DNA of 64,000 bases from a virus (taxonomy: Duplodnaviria; Caudoviricetes), in the IMG/VR virus record IMGVR_UViG_2713896750_000003, positions 39,170 through 103,169 of that record. One strand, given 5' to 3'. The notes under the pieces were generated by a model that saw only the letters and a list, made by a program, of their open reading frames with translations, was not told where the DNA came from and ran no database searches. Shown here in pieces: positions 9,033-19,063 of the stretch; position 1 is the first letter of the stretch, and the number at the start of each line of letters is the position of its first letter. The position numbers and the translations under genes were made by a program.

Positions 9033-10193
9033 CTATTCAGTGTTTCTAGTTGGTATCAAGCTGTCGGTGAAAAGACGAAGTGTGTTTCTGGCCTGTGGAG
9101 TGATGGCATTAAACCTTCTTTCTTTCGCCTGAAAGTCGCCCCAAATCCGACCGTCAAATGGCTTAGAGAACTCATCAGTAATGCGGTCTGTCAACTTCCT
9201 GAAAGATTGGACGAGAACTTCCGACCAGGAGCTAGTGTCCGTATTGAGCATCTTTTTTAGTATCTTTTCGCGATAGACGACCGGCACATTGCACACTTGG
9301 TACTCCACAGGAAAAGAAACGTCGCCATGGTTTAGCCCGTCTAACCTTACCAAGCTGTCATTCAAAAACTGGTAAAACTCGGGCATGCTCGCGATGGTCA
9401 AGTTGGTGAGCGTCTGATTAACTCTAACTTCGGCATGTGGTATTTCAGAAGCAAGACGATTGTAATTTGCCACAATTCGCTTCGTATTACTTAACTCCCT
9501 TTGATGCTCATTCACTTCAGGCGTCCCATCTAAAGACAGCATATATTCCAAATTAGGGAACGCTCTTAGAATCTCAATAACGTCCTTTCCTCGACTCTTG
9601 AGACTCATCCCATTACTCAAGACTGAAATTCTGATCTTGTCTTTATGTGGGTACAACACGTCTAGAATATCCAGAAAAGAGTCGTCGTTCATTGGCTCCC
9701 CACCATGAAACACATAATGAGTCACCGTAGAGACAACGCTCTTGACGTAATCGATGGTAGCCGCTCTATTATCAATTCTCTTTGCTCCATCGCCAAACAT
9801 CTTCCCATAACTGGTGCTGCAGCCGGACGAGCACATCCGGCATGCGAGCTGGCAAGTATTGTGAGGGCTAAGGTGAAGATATTTGGGATTATTCGGCATG
9901 CGCCCATCAGGAAGGCAATCATCGGGCTTAAAGTCAGGAAATTGAGCCATATAGTGGCCGATCAACTCAATTCCATTTTGTTTAAGTTGACCAGATACAC
10001 ACCGAATGCATCGCTTCGGCACCTCACCCTTTAACCATTTTGCTCTAGCTTCCATCCTATCTAGACTGTTCCAACCCTCATCGAGACTCTGACCATCTGT
10101 ACCTTGGTCGTTACAGCACATTTTGACCGAGCCAAAAGCCCATTGAACGTTGGAGACGAACGGAGCTGGGCATATAAAGTCCACTTTCTTCAT
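9033..10193 (-). CDS. radical SAM enzyme with N-terminal twitch/SPASM-like Cys domain
   Basis: CQLACRMC (CxxxCxxC), GGEP, SNG, SLDG; N-terminal CPAPF...CC...C..C; ATGA overlap with the upstream gene. Confidence 0.88.
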   Translation of the reverse strand: MKKVDFICPAPFVSNVQWAFGSVKMCCNDQGTDGQSLDEGWNSLDRMEARAKWLKGEVPKRCIRCVSGQLKQNGIELIGHYMAQFPDFKPDDCLPDGRMPNNPKYLHLSPHNTCQLACRMCSSGCSTSYGKMFGDGAKRIDNRAATIDYVKSVVSTVTHYVFHGGEPMNDDSFLDILDVLYPHKDKIRISVLSNGMSLKSRGKDVIEILRAFPNLEYMLSLDGTPEVNEHQRELSNTKRIVANYNRLASEIPHAEVRVNQTLTNLTIASMPEFYQFLNDSLVRLDGLNHGDVSFPVEYQVCNVPVVYREKILKKMLNTDTSSWSEVLVQSFRKLTDRITDEFSKPFDGRIWGDFQAKERRFNAITPQARNTLRLFTDSLIPTRNTE

Positions 10194-11440
10194 AATGTAT
10201 CCACGCTGCAAGGTATGATGTTGTTAACGTGAGGAGCAAACATAGGGAAGACCTTCAGCATGTCTCTCCCCTCATGCTCATCTATAGTTCGATCAAGATA
10301 CATTGCCTTGTTCCACTCAGAAGGTGAGAACTTGCCCGCGAAGATCGCTCTCATAGCGGTATCTCTTAGCTCCATATAGTGCTCATTATCTATTTTTACG
10401 TTGCGAAGCTTTTTCAAAACCTCCCTCTTTACATCATCTGGCAGCTGAAATGGCTGATAGTACTTGGGGTTATTGACGACGTTTAAGCTAGGCCAAATGC
10501 CTCTTGGGTGTAAATTTTCGTAGGCCCATTCTAAGTACTCGGCGAAATAAACGGCGGAGTAGTTGCTTAGCGTCGTATGAACCCCCACATAATGCCGCTC
10601 AGGAAGCTTACTCAATGCCTCATCAATGATTTTCATCGTTCTCTTTGTTCTACCTCGAAGCCGGATATAGTCATTGGCCTCTGGAATAGAATCGATCGAA
10701 AAAACGGCATGAACATCCTTAAAATCCTTAAGAACGTCCCAAACATTCCTTCCGTCTGTCATGGTTGAAAACGAACCATTGGAAAGAAAGTTGATTTTGC
10801 ATGTGTCTTTGATCGGCATTAGGGCATCTATAATGGCTGGAAAGTTTTTAGCCTGAATCGGGTCACCGCCGTGCAGCACCACTTCTCGCAACGTCTCATA
10901 GTTGCTTGTAATGATGCGCAAGTCTTCTTCGTGATCGGTCTCCGCAACAAACGTCTTTCGATCAAAAGGAGGGAGAATACCAGGATCATTTGTTAGCCCG
11001 ATTCGCTCAGTAATGCTTAATTTGGTCGAGGAGATCTGTGGCGTACACATCCTACATGCCATGTTGCATTTGTTGCTTACACCAAGCGCTAGTTGGGTCA
11101 AAGGCACTCCACTCATTGAGCCATCTTCGTTGTACAGATGCTTGTACTTCAAGAAGTTCTCAACAAAGAAGGGTCTGTCCTCCAACAGGTAAAACTTAGA
11201 GTGCGACGTTGGCGAGTTTAGACATGTCTTACAACCCTCAGGTAACGCATCGTAATTATGCTCCCATAATGCCTTTCTCGTTTGCTTGGCTACATCACCA
11301 TTCCAGTATTCGTCAAACGGCATTTTTCTTGTTTCGCCCCACATCTCACAACATGGCGAAGTTCTCTGCGAGATTTTAAAAAGGCCAATAAATGGAGCAA
11401 GACACATAGGCAATTTCTCTTTAGGCTCAGACAATTTCAT
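10190..11440 (-). CDS. radical SAM enzyme with N-terminal twitch/SPASM-like Cys domain
   Basis: CNMACRMC, GGDP, SNG, SIDS; N-terminal CLAPF...PCC...GCKTC. Confidence 0.88.
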   Translation of the reverse strand: MKLSEPKEKLPMCLAPFIGLFKISQRTSPCCEMWGETRKMPFDEYWNGDVAKQTRKALWEHNYDALPEGCKTCLNSPTSHSKFYLLEDRPFFVENFLKYKHLYNEDGSMSGVPLTQLALGVSNKCNMACRMCTPQISSTKLSITERIGLTNDPGILPPFDRKTFVAETDHEEDLRIITSNYETLREVVLHGGDPIQAKNFPAIIDALMPIKDTCKINFLSNGSFSTMTDGRNVWDVLKDFKDVHAVFSIDSIPEANDYIRLRGRTKRTMKIIDEALSKLPERHYVGVHTTLSNYSAVYFAEYLEWAYENLHPRGIWPSLNVVNNPKYYQPFQLPDDVKREVLKKLRNVKIDNEHYMELRDTAMRAIFAGKFSPSEWNKAMYLDRTIDEHEGRDMLKVFPMFAPHVNNIIPCSVDTL

Positions 11441-12791
11441 TTAACCAAGCCTCCTCGCAGTTTTTAGCGTACTCATCAACGTCCAATCCTCGATATTCAA
11501 AAGTGTCACCATAGGCTTCTGAAAGCGTCTGAACACATTCAAAAATGTCATTTGGATCTACCTTGATATGAGGGCAGGGAAAGTCCTTCGACCAAGGCGC
11601 GTTGCCGTTAACAACACAAGGAATGTGAACACTCGCTTCAAGAATTGCATAGGGCATTATTTCAATATCGCTCAGGTGTAAAAGGACGCGATGTTGACGA
11701 ATAATGCCGGGTAGGAAATCGTTAGGTACGTTTGTGAGCTGACGATAACCCTGAACGCCAGCCTCATGAGCCATTTCTTTTAGCGTTCGCCCGTCTCGCC
11801 CCAAATCTTGTCCGCAAACTACGGTCACAGGAAGACCGGTTATCGCCAAAATCTCAAACATTAGATCGAAATTTTTTCGCTCGTAGTTTGAGCCAATAAT
11901 AAGTACCCCTTTTGTCCCATTTGTCGTCCTATAGACCACTCTCGGCTCATAAAAGGGTTCGGGCAGAAGCTTGACATTTGCCTCTGGAATTAGAGATTCC
12001 AGTTGCGACTTTACGCCGATGGTTTGGGTTCCGATTTCGAACTTTATATCTTTGAGTAGTCGCAAATAATCGATGACCAAGTCACTTGAGAAATCAGTGA
12101 AGTTAGAGTCAGGGCTCATGATGTCACCAATATGCGTGTATGCGATTCTGGGGATGCCAAGAGCGTCAAACTCATCATTCATCGAATCAAGAGCTAAAGT
12201 CGATGCGTAGCTGTGCGAGACGACTAGAGAAGGGGTGAAATCTCTTAGATATTGCGCAAGACCCTGCTCAAATGTTCTAGATCGAACTTCCTTCTCAAAC
12301 TCAAAAGAATGAACAGGAAGTTCTTTGCTGTTCTCGGCAAACATTGGCATAGAGAAAAGGCTGACATGGCTAAGATCGATTCCATTAGGGAATGCCACAT
12401 CTTCCCCGTCAATATCGGTTACATCGACAATAACATCTAACATTAAGGCGTTTTCCGCGCACATCTGTGCAAAATGCTTTATGAATGTGTAAATGCCGGA
12501 CGCATTGCCAATAAAAAAGCTATCGAGGAGAAAAGCAACACGCTTATCCCCCTTCTTAATTGGTACATCTTTAAGAAGAGTATTCACTTTTTTATACCCC
12601 TTTAACGCTTCGCTTTCAGAAATCTGCCAGCTAATATCGTTTAACGTGAAGTGGTACTGACCAACATCATCCACCCCTTCAAAACAAGATTCATCGATTA
12701 CCTGCTTGCTTGATGTATCAAACAAGGAAAGTTTTCTCCTTGCGCAGTAAAGCGCTAGTTCCTGATTGCCAGTTAAGCTCTGTTTTTGCAT
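11427..12791 (-). CDS. glycosyltransferase, GT-B fold (GT4-like)
   Basis: ASGIYTF, VVSHS, IGSNYERKNF, and LSDIEIMPYAILEA (E-x7-E signature). Confidence 0.78.
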   Translation of the reverse strand: MQKQSLTGNQELALYCARRKLSLFDTSSKQVIDESCFEGVDDVGQYHFTLNDISWQISESEALKGYKKVNTLLKDVPIKKGDKRVAFLLDSFFIGNASGIYTFIKHFAQMCAENALMLDVIVDVTDIDGEDVAFPNGIDLSHVSLFSMPMFAENSKELPVHSFEFEKEVRSRTFEQGLAQYLRDFTPSLVVSHSYASTLALDSMNDEFDALGIPRIAYTHIGDIMSPDSNFTDFSSDLVIDYLRLLKDIKFEIGTQTIGVKSQLESLIPEANVKLLPEPFYEPRVVYRTTNGTKGVLIIGSNYERKNFDLMFEILAITGLPVTVVCGQDLGRDGRTLKEMAHEAGVQGYRQLTNVPNDFLPGIIRQHRVLLHLSDIEIMPYAILEASVHIPCVVNGNAPWSKDFPCPHIKVDPNDIFECVQTLSEAYGDTFEYRGLDVDEYAKNCEEAWLNEIV

Positions 12792-13354
12792 ACAATTGTC
12801 ACCGAACTGCTGTAGACGTTTGTTGTGGACGTAATGCCGTTTGAGTTGGAGAACCCTAAACTGGTGTAGTCATACCTTCCCAAAATGGTGTAACAGGTAT
12901 GAGCGTGAGAGATCCTCACCTGAAAATATTGAAATGAGGCGTTTCTGATGATGTTCCCATACTCATCTTTTGCACCGCCCGACCAGTATCCGCTGATTTT
13001 TACTTCATAACCGTTCCATCGAAATACGGCCCAGTCACCTTCAACTGTCCCCGTACCTCCCCAGCCTCCAAATGCTCGTGTGTTTGGTGCTCGCCATCCA
13101 GACACAATGGCGATTGATGTCCGCGTCTCTTTAAAGGCAATGGCATACTGATCGAACTTTGGATTGTTGAAATGAGAGAGCGACAGATTGCCGCTCGTAG
13201 GGATATCGCTGCCATTGGATTGCTTGGCGTATCGAGGCACCCCCTGATGTGGGTCAATGACACTGGTTTTTGGTCTCAGCTCGGAAAGGGACAGACTACT
13301 GCTGTCCCCAGAGCCGAAAAACAAAGATCGAATTGACGAGAAAGATAGAGCCAT
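12773..13354 (-). CDS. putative tail-fibre tip adhesin/accessory protein
   Basis: TAATG coupling to the tail fibre; N-terminal LSFSSIR..FFG...LSLSE...IPTSGNLSLSHF motif of fibre-docking adhesins; Gly/aromatic-rich C-terminus. Confidence 0.55.
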   Translation of the reverse strand: MALSFSSIRSLFFGSGDSSSLSLSELRPKTSVIDPHQGVPRYAKQSNGSDIPTSGNLSLSHFNNPKFDQYAIAFKETRTSIAIVSGWRAPNTRAFGGWGGTGTVEGDWAVFRWNGYEVKISGYWSGGAKDEYGNIIRNASFQYFQVRISHAHTCYTILGRYDYTSLGFSNSNGITSTTNVYSSSVTIVCKNRA

Positions 13355-16300
13355 TACATTCTACCTCCTTCCAAAGCATCAACTCGATCCGACAACTCCT
13401 TAATAGCCTCTACTAAAAGACCAACGGTGTTACCGTAAGCCACGGAAAGTAGACCATCGTCGCCATGTCTCTTAACCGCCTCAGGGAGAACTCTCTCAAG
13501 CTCTTGAGCGATTAGGCCAGTTTCAACAAACTCTCTGTAATCCGAGGCGCTCTTATCAAGCTTGTTAGCTTTTATATACGTGTAGCCGCTCAACGACTTC
13601 ACCTTATTAAGAGCATCTGAGATGACCTTGATCTCTCTTTTAAGACGGCGGTCAGAAAGACCAGAGATGTCACCACTTGCCGAGATGTTACCGCCCGCTG
13701 TTATGTTGTAACTAGATACAATTGAGCCTGTCGATTGCAGGGTATTCACATGCACATCGGACAGACGCTTGTCTTGAGTCCAACCGCTTGGGCTAGCCTG
13801 AGCCGGAATGATTCTCCAGTCCGTGTACATGTTGCTCTGATTGATTCTTTCTATGGTGTAGTAGAGACCGGTGCCGGACACCGCATACACCTCAAATGAA
13901 TGGCCGCCATACACACGATCAGATGAGTTGTACATTGTTCTCACATGGTAAAAGCCTGGTCCGCCATAAGAGTTCCCCACTAACTGAGTTATCTCGCTCT
14001 GCCCATGACTGTTTGTGATCAAGAACTTAGCGTATGTATGTTTACCACCGGTATAGTCGCCGATCGTGATGATGCAAGCACCATGATCTCCACCATTGGT
14101 GTCAGCGATCTTGTACCAGCCAGTAGAAGGAACATTAAAGTAACGTCTAGGCTCTACCTGAGTGAAGTTAGAACTGTCCTTACCATCAAGCTTGTCAGAG
14201 TTGCTCACAGAAACAGAAAGTGTTCTGTTTGATGAGCCATCGATGGATACCGAGCCGCTCGCGTCGCCGCTTAACGATATCGTTCTTGCCGACGCCCACT
14301 TACTTGCACTAGATGCGTTACCGGATAGACTTCCAGAAAACGCCGGAGCGGTAACCGTGTGAGCAAACACAGCCGTACCGTTCTCTCGAATAGTGAAGTC
14401 CGCAGCACTAGAGCCGTTATAACGGAATGCGAGATCGCCGTTCTGGTGATCAAGCTGCCAATAGTTGTCATTGTAAGTACTGTCCATCAGATTCAATTGA
14501 ACATTGGTGTGTCTGATGGTTAACTGGCCGTTAATTGTCGATGAGGAATCCGAGCGGACAAACTGGCTCGCTTGTAGACCATCAAGTTTATCAGCATCAA
14601 GACCACTTCCTGAACCATCGTTTCCAGCATGCCAAATATTGTGGCCGCGATAGGTAATTGAGTTGGAATTAAAGCCTAACAACGTGGTAGCGTTGCCGCC
14701 GGTCATATAACGGAAGTAATAACCTGAGGCATCCCCGTCCGCGTCGTTGTTATGAGTGAAATAGATGCTACTGTCATCAACATGAACCGAAACATTATCG
14801 TCTTGACCCGTCTGCGATGAAGAGTTTCGTTGCAGTCGGAAAGGCGTACTTCCTTCATTGGTGTTGACGTTCAACTCAGACGTGTTTAGGGCTCCAGTCA
14901 CAGTACCGCCAGAAGATCGCACAAATCGAGCGTCCGCTTCAGATTCGGTATAGTAACGACCGTCATGAGTGTGTGAGTCATTAGCTACACTGACGCTCAT
15001 AGAGACGTTCTCAGAGCCATCCCACGATACAGAGCCGCTCGCGTCTCCTGTCAGAGTTAATGTGCGAGCATTTGTCCATTTATCAGCTATTGGATGGTAG
15101 TTATCCGTAAACAGTCTCTCCCAAGCAAGCGTCCCCACTCGGTGATGAATTGAGCCATGAGAGTTAAAGGACAGTTGATGCGTGTACGTAGAGCCAGAGT
15201 GCGCATTAAAGGTGAAAAGTGCATTCGCATTATTCACCCCGCCTTCAGGCTTGTTGCTTGTTTCCGAATTGTACGTTGTGTAACTGAAACCTCCCTCTTC
15301 CGAGAACAGGCGACTGTTTAGATCTATAGTGCTACGAACGCCCTTCATCATCACGGAGGTTTCGTCGGTAAACACAAGCTTGTTGCCACCCAGAGACAGA
15401 TCTCCTGACAAAGCATCTCCAGATTTTTTCAGGTATCTGTCGTCATGTGTGTGACTGTCGTTGTTTACCGATGCGCTTAGAACAACATCAGACGATCCGT
15501 CAATCGAAACAGAGCCCGTTAGATCACCCGATAGAGTTATCGTTCTCGCTACAGTCCACTTGTCGGCGTTTGGATGGTAGACGTCATTAAATAACTTATG
15601 TGAGGTGCTGTCATTAACAACCCAAACAGGGTTCGATGAAGATGCGAGAGAAAGTCCATCTCGACCAATCGAACCAAAGTAAGCATGCCCATTGTGCAGT
15701 TGAACAAGCGGCTTACTGTCTGTCGCACCAATTGCCCCAGATAGAACGTTGTCAGTGTGAGAGCTGGTTTTACTTAGTGCTCCAACATCACTCGCAGTTG
15801 GCTTGTTATTTGTACTGTAAAGATATTCCCAATCGCTCCATTCATCCGAGTATCTAGTTCGGAACGCAAATCGGCCGGAGCTCGATGACGTGCCATAGGG
15901 AATGACGAACTGCGTTAGGTTGCCTCTGTTATAGGAGAAGTTCTGAATGTAGCCATATCCAGTCTTATTGTCTGGACGATTGGCTGAATCCCCTCTAAAC
16001 AATCTCGCATAAATGCCGGGCTCGTCGATTGCATCAAAGTCAACCGTCAAAGAGCTGCCTGCGTTACCTACAGCAATGTAAGGAATCGACTTGATTAGAC
16101 CAGTATTGTCAAAAGTTACCCTGTCATCAATTTGACTCTGTAAGGATGTCTCCATAGAGTCAACGTCAGATTTTTTGTAGTAGCGACTATCGGCAAACGA
16201 TGCATAATTGCCGCTGTGCATGACCGAGTGCTTGGATGTGCCATCAAAGTACTCAAAAGCCCCTTGGTGATCGAACTGCCAATACTTTCCGCTGTTTGTT

Positions 16301-18984
16301 GACTCAAAGCGCAACTCATTACCAGCAGAGCTAGATGTCGAGCCAACATACTTCAGAAGCCAAGCGTATGTTTGGTTACCAAAGTAGATATAGGAATCTT
16401 GGCCGCCTAATCTATCGCTTAGGCCATCTTCTAGGCCACCATCAATTCTTAAAACTTCGCCGATAGCGTTGAGCTTCAGCTTTTCACTCAATGAACCGCC
16501 TTCCAGAGACAAATACTGGCTGTCGTGAGTGTGAGAATCGTTATTTACAGATACAGAAATTGAGGCATTGGCTGAGCCATCCCACGAAACGGAGCCAGTG
16601 ACATCCCCCGTCAGTGTCAATGTTCTCGCTGTTGTCCACTTGTCTGCATTAGGGTGATAACCATCATGGAAGACCTTTTGTCCCATGAAGTTAAACTCAC
16701 CATTAGTTCTAAGAGTAAGAACCTCTTTTCGAACGCCATCAGACGGCGTGTAGCCTTCAAAGACGATTCCCCCATCAACCTGACCATTCGCGCCGTTAGC
16801 ATCAATCATTCGGAAAATGCGAGCGTCATAGTAGTTAGAACCAGGGAAGTAATCTCCTTGACTGATAATGTCTAATCCCTCTCCCACCTTAAAGCCAGCA
16901 GAGCCTGATGTGATCTTGCCACTTACGGTCAGGTTGCCGCTCATTGTGTCAGAGACGTCAGATCGCAAGAACTGAGTTGAATCTAGACCGTCCAACTTGT
17001 CTGAATCCGCCGCTTTCTCTGTCTTGCCCAGTTTTGACGCGTCAAGAGCAGAGTACGCGCCATTAACCGCGTTGCGCGTTGCTAGATTGGTGCCAGATGA
17101 GGTATAGATGTCAGATGCAGACCAGTTGGGAACATTGTTAAGGCCAATGTCGCTTTTACTAAGGACAACGTTGCCAATCTTGCCGTTTACGCTTGCTACC
17201 TTGTCGGTGTTGTCAACCTTGTACCAAACATCGCTATCCATGTCCCAATAGAGATCGTCACCAGCATCAACAGTAAGCGTCCCCTGAGGTCCGCTCATAG
17301 TCCCGCCTACCGTAACGCGATAGTAGTCGGGCATTTCAGGATCGCTAGGTACAGGGAAGTTACCAGAAGACGCATCCCACTTGCCTTTAAATTGAACCGA
17401 TCTAGTTGCAATTGAACTGGCTTGAGTTGCAGCCTGCTCTGCTCGCTCGGCAGCGCTTTCAGCTATAGATGCAGATGAGGCAGAGCTATCTCGATATGAC
17501 TTAGCTGTATTCTCAGATGCCTTGGATGCAGTTTCTGATGCCTTTGCTGCAATCTCTGAGTTCTTGGCTGCTGTTTCTGATGCCTTAGCTGCAACCTCCG
17601 ATGCCTTAGCCGCAACTTGAGAGGCTTCGGCGGCATCTTCCGATGCCTTAGCTGCAACTTTTGACGCTTCACTGGATGCAGCAGAGCTTGCCGATGACTC
17701 AGCAGAAGCCGCAGCCTCATCTTTTGAATCAGAAGCAGATGAAGCAAAAGATGCCGCTTCATCACGGCTAACCCCGGCATTGGTTTCTGAGGTTTTAGCG
17801 GCAGAGGCTGATGCGTCTGAAGCCTGACGAGAGTTTTCGCTGGCCATTGCAGAGTTTGCAGCCGCGTTTTTACTAGAAATAGCCGAAGCTGCACTATCAG
17901 AAGCAGATGAGGCGTGTGCTGCGGACGCCGTCTCGGAGTCATTTGCGGCTGCCGCACTATTCGCAGCATCCAGCTTGCTCTGATTTGCCGAGTTAGCAGC
18001 GTTTTCAGCCGCTACCTTATTGGCGTTAGACGCAGCTTCAGACGCAGCTGCCGCAATAGCGGATGAATCGGACGCCTGACGAGAAGTCTCGCTCTCAGAA
18101 GCGGAATCCGCCGCCGACCCTGCGGCTGCAGCGGCATTTAGTTCATGTGTTTTAGCATTGTCTTCTGATTGCTTGGCGGCGACCTGACTTGCAGATGCGG
18201 AGTTTCTACTTTCAAGAGCAAACGCTGCATCGTTCGCCGCCTTTATTGCGTGATGTTTCGCAGAGAACTTTCCGCTCTCGACCTCTACATTCTCGCCCTG
18301 CTCGGCCCACTGTTTAGCCTTATGCTCGCTCGCTAGACTCGCATTTTCTGAGGACTTTGCATTAGTTTCGGAGGTTTTCGCTTTGTTTTCTGAGCTCTTA
18401 GCGGCAACGGCGCTAGCTTCAGAAGCTTGGCGAGACAATTCAGAATCATTTGCGGCATCTAAAGCGCTTAGTTCAGAGGCCTTGGCATTCTGCTCTGAAT
18501 CTCTTGCAGCAGATGCAGCTGCCTGTGACTCTTGGTTAGAGACTTCACTTTCATTCGCACTAGCTGCCGAGCTGTTCTTGTTCGCCAGCGACTGCGCTTC
18601 GTGATTAGATGCATTTATTTCTGCCTGTTTTGCAGCGCCTTCCGAAGCACTAGCCGCAGAAACTTTTTCATCTAAAGTAGCCTCGATTGAATTTGAGTAA
18701 TCCAATGCCGCAGACGCCTTGCTAAGCGCCTCGTTAGCTGTAGGAAGGGCATTCTCTACAGCGGCCACTGCTTGATCCATTCGATATTGAATCTGGGAGG
18801 GTGAATCAACGAGAACCTGATTGCCAGTACTGTCTGACAGGTATCGTTTGCCCTTGTTGTCTGTCGCATCGTCTAATGTTTCGTTAGGTGCGGCCAACCA
18901 CTCTCGTTGCTGGTCAACAAAGGCTTGCCAATTATTGATCACATCGCCAAGCCTTTGATACAAATCAGTCGCAGTATTCGACAT
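13354..18984 (-). CDS. long side tail fibre with Ala/Ser-rich coiled repeats and C-terminal intramolecular chaperone (peptidase S74)
   Basis: (A/S)-rich ASETNAK-type repeats as in lambda Stf; VASVNGKIGNVVL; repeated HPNADKWTTART and DKLDG modules; SDRRLKREI...GLIAQELERVLPEAV...LVEAIKEL. Confidence 0.92.
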   Translation of the reverse strand: MSNTATDLYQRLGDVINNWQAFVDQQREWLAAPNETLDDATDNKGKRYLSDSTGNQVLVDSPSQIQYRMDQAVAAVENALPTANEALSKASAALDYSNSIEATLDEKVSAASASEGAAKQAEINASNHEAQSLANKNSSAASANESEVSNQESQAAASAARDSEQNAKASELSALDAANDSELSRQASEASAVAAKSSENKAKTSETNAKSSENASLASEHKAKQWAEQGENVEVESGKFSAKHHAIKAANDAAFALESRNSASASQVAAKQSEDNAKTHELNAAAAAGSAADSASESETSRQASDSSAIAAAASEAASNANKVAAENAANSANQSKLDAANSAAAANDSETASAAHASSASDSAASAISSKNAAANSAMASENSRQASDASASAAKTSETNAGVSRDEAASFASSASDSKDEAAASAESSASSAASSEASKVAAKASEDAAEASQVAAKASEVAAKASETAAKNSEIAAKASETASKASENTAKSYRDSSASSASIAESAAERAEQAATQASSIATRSVQFKGKWDASSGNFPVPSDPEMPDYYRVTVGGTMSGPQGTLTVDAGDDLYWDMDSDVWYKVDNTDKVASVNGKIGNVVLSKSDIGLNNVPNWSASDIYTSSGTNLATRNAVNGAYSALDASKLGKTEKAADSDKLDGLDSTQFLRSDVSDTMSGNLTVSGKITSGSAGFKVGEGLDIISQGDYFPGSNYYDARIFRMIDANGANGQVDGGIVFEGYTPSDGVRKEVLTLRTNGEFNFMGQKVFHDGYHPNADKWTTARTLTLTGDVTGSVSWDGSANASISVSVNNDSHTHDSQYLSLEGGSLSEKLKLNAIGEVLRIDGGLEDGLSDRLGGQDSYIYFGNQTYAWLLKYVGSTSSSAGNELRFESTNSGKYWQFDHQGAFEYFDGTSKHSVMHSGNYASFADSRYYKKSDVDSMETSLQSQIDDRVTFDNTGLIKSIPYIAVGNAGSSLTVDFDAIDEPGIYARLFRGDSANRPDNKTGYGYIQNFSYNRGNLTQFVIPYGTSSSSGRFAFRTRYSDEWSDWEYLYSTNNKPTASDVGALSKTSSHTDNVLSGAIGATDSKPLVQLHNGHAYFGSIGRDGLSLASSSNPVWVVNDSTSHKLFNDVYHPNADKWTVARTITLSGDLTGSVSIDGSSDVVLSASVNNDSHTHDDRYLKKSGDALSGDLSLGGNKLVFTDETSVMMKGVRSTIDLNSRLFSEEGGFSYTTYNSETSNKPEGGVNNANALFTFNAHSGSTYTHQLSFNSHGSIHHRVGTLAWERLFTDNYHPIADKWTNARTLTLTGDASGSVSWDGSENVSMSVSVANDSHTHDGRYYTESEADARFVRSSGGTVTGALNTSELNVNTNEGSTPFRLQRNSSSQTGQDDNVSVHVDDSSIYFTHNNDADGDASGYYFRYMTGGNATTLLGFNSNSITYRGHNIWHAGNDGSGSGLDADKLDGLQASQFVRSDSSSTINGQLTIRHTNVQLNLMDSTYNDNYWQLDHQNGDLAFRYNGSSAADFTIRENGTAVFAHTVTAPAFSGSLSGNASSASKWASARTISLSGDASGSVSIDGSSNRTLSVSVSNSDKLDGKDSSNFTQVEPRRYFNVPSTGWYKIADTNGGDHGACIITIGDYTGGKHTYAKFLITNSHGQSEITQLVGNSYGGPGFYHVRTMYNSSDRVYGGHSFEVYAVSGTGLYYTIERINQSNMYTDWRIIPAQASPSGWTQDKRLSDVHVNTLQSTGSIVSSYNITAGGNISASGDISGLSDRRLKREIKVISDALNKVKSLSGYTYIKANKLDKSASDYREFVETGLIAQELERVLPEAVKRHGDDGLLSVAYGNTVGLLVEAIKELSDRVDALEGGRM

Positions 18985-19036
18985 ATTTCAGTACCTCTTA
19001 ACGTTAAGTGAGCTCCATTATAGGAAATAAAATAAC

Positions 19037-19058
19037 ATTAAGTAAGTACTTACTTAAT
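19037..19058. promoter_or_regulatory. perfect 22-bp palindrome ATTAAGTAAGTACTTACTTAAT, with a minus-strand TATAAT at 19017-19022 upstream of the tail fibre gene
   Basis: Direct reading; member of a dispersed family of about 13 copies. Confidence 0.75.
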
Positions 19059-19063
19059 TTAAG

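Noticed and set aside
17463-18604. Alternative-frame and antisense ORFs in the tail fibre repeat region
   Set aside because: By-products of Ala/Ser codon repeats lacking stops
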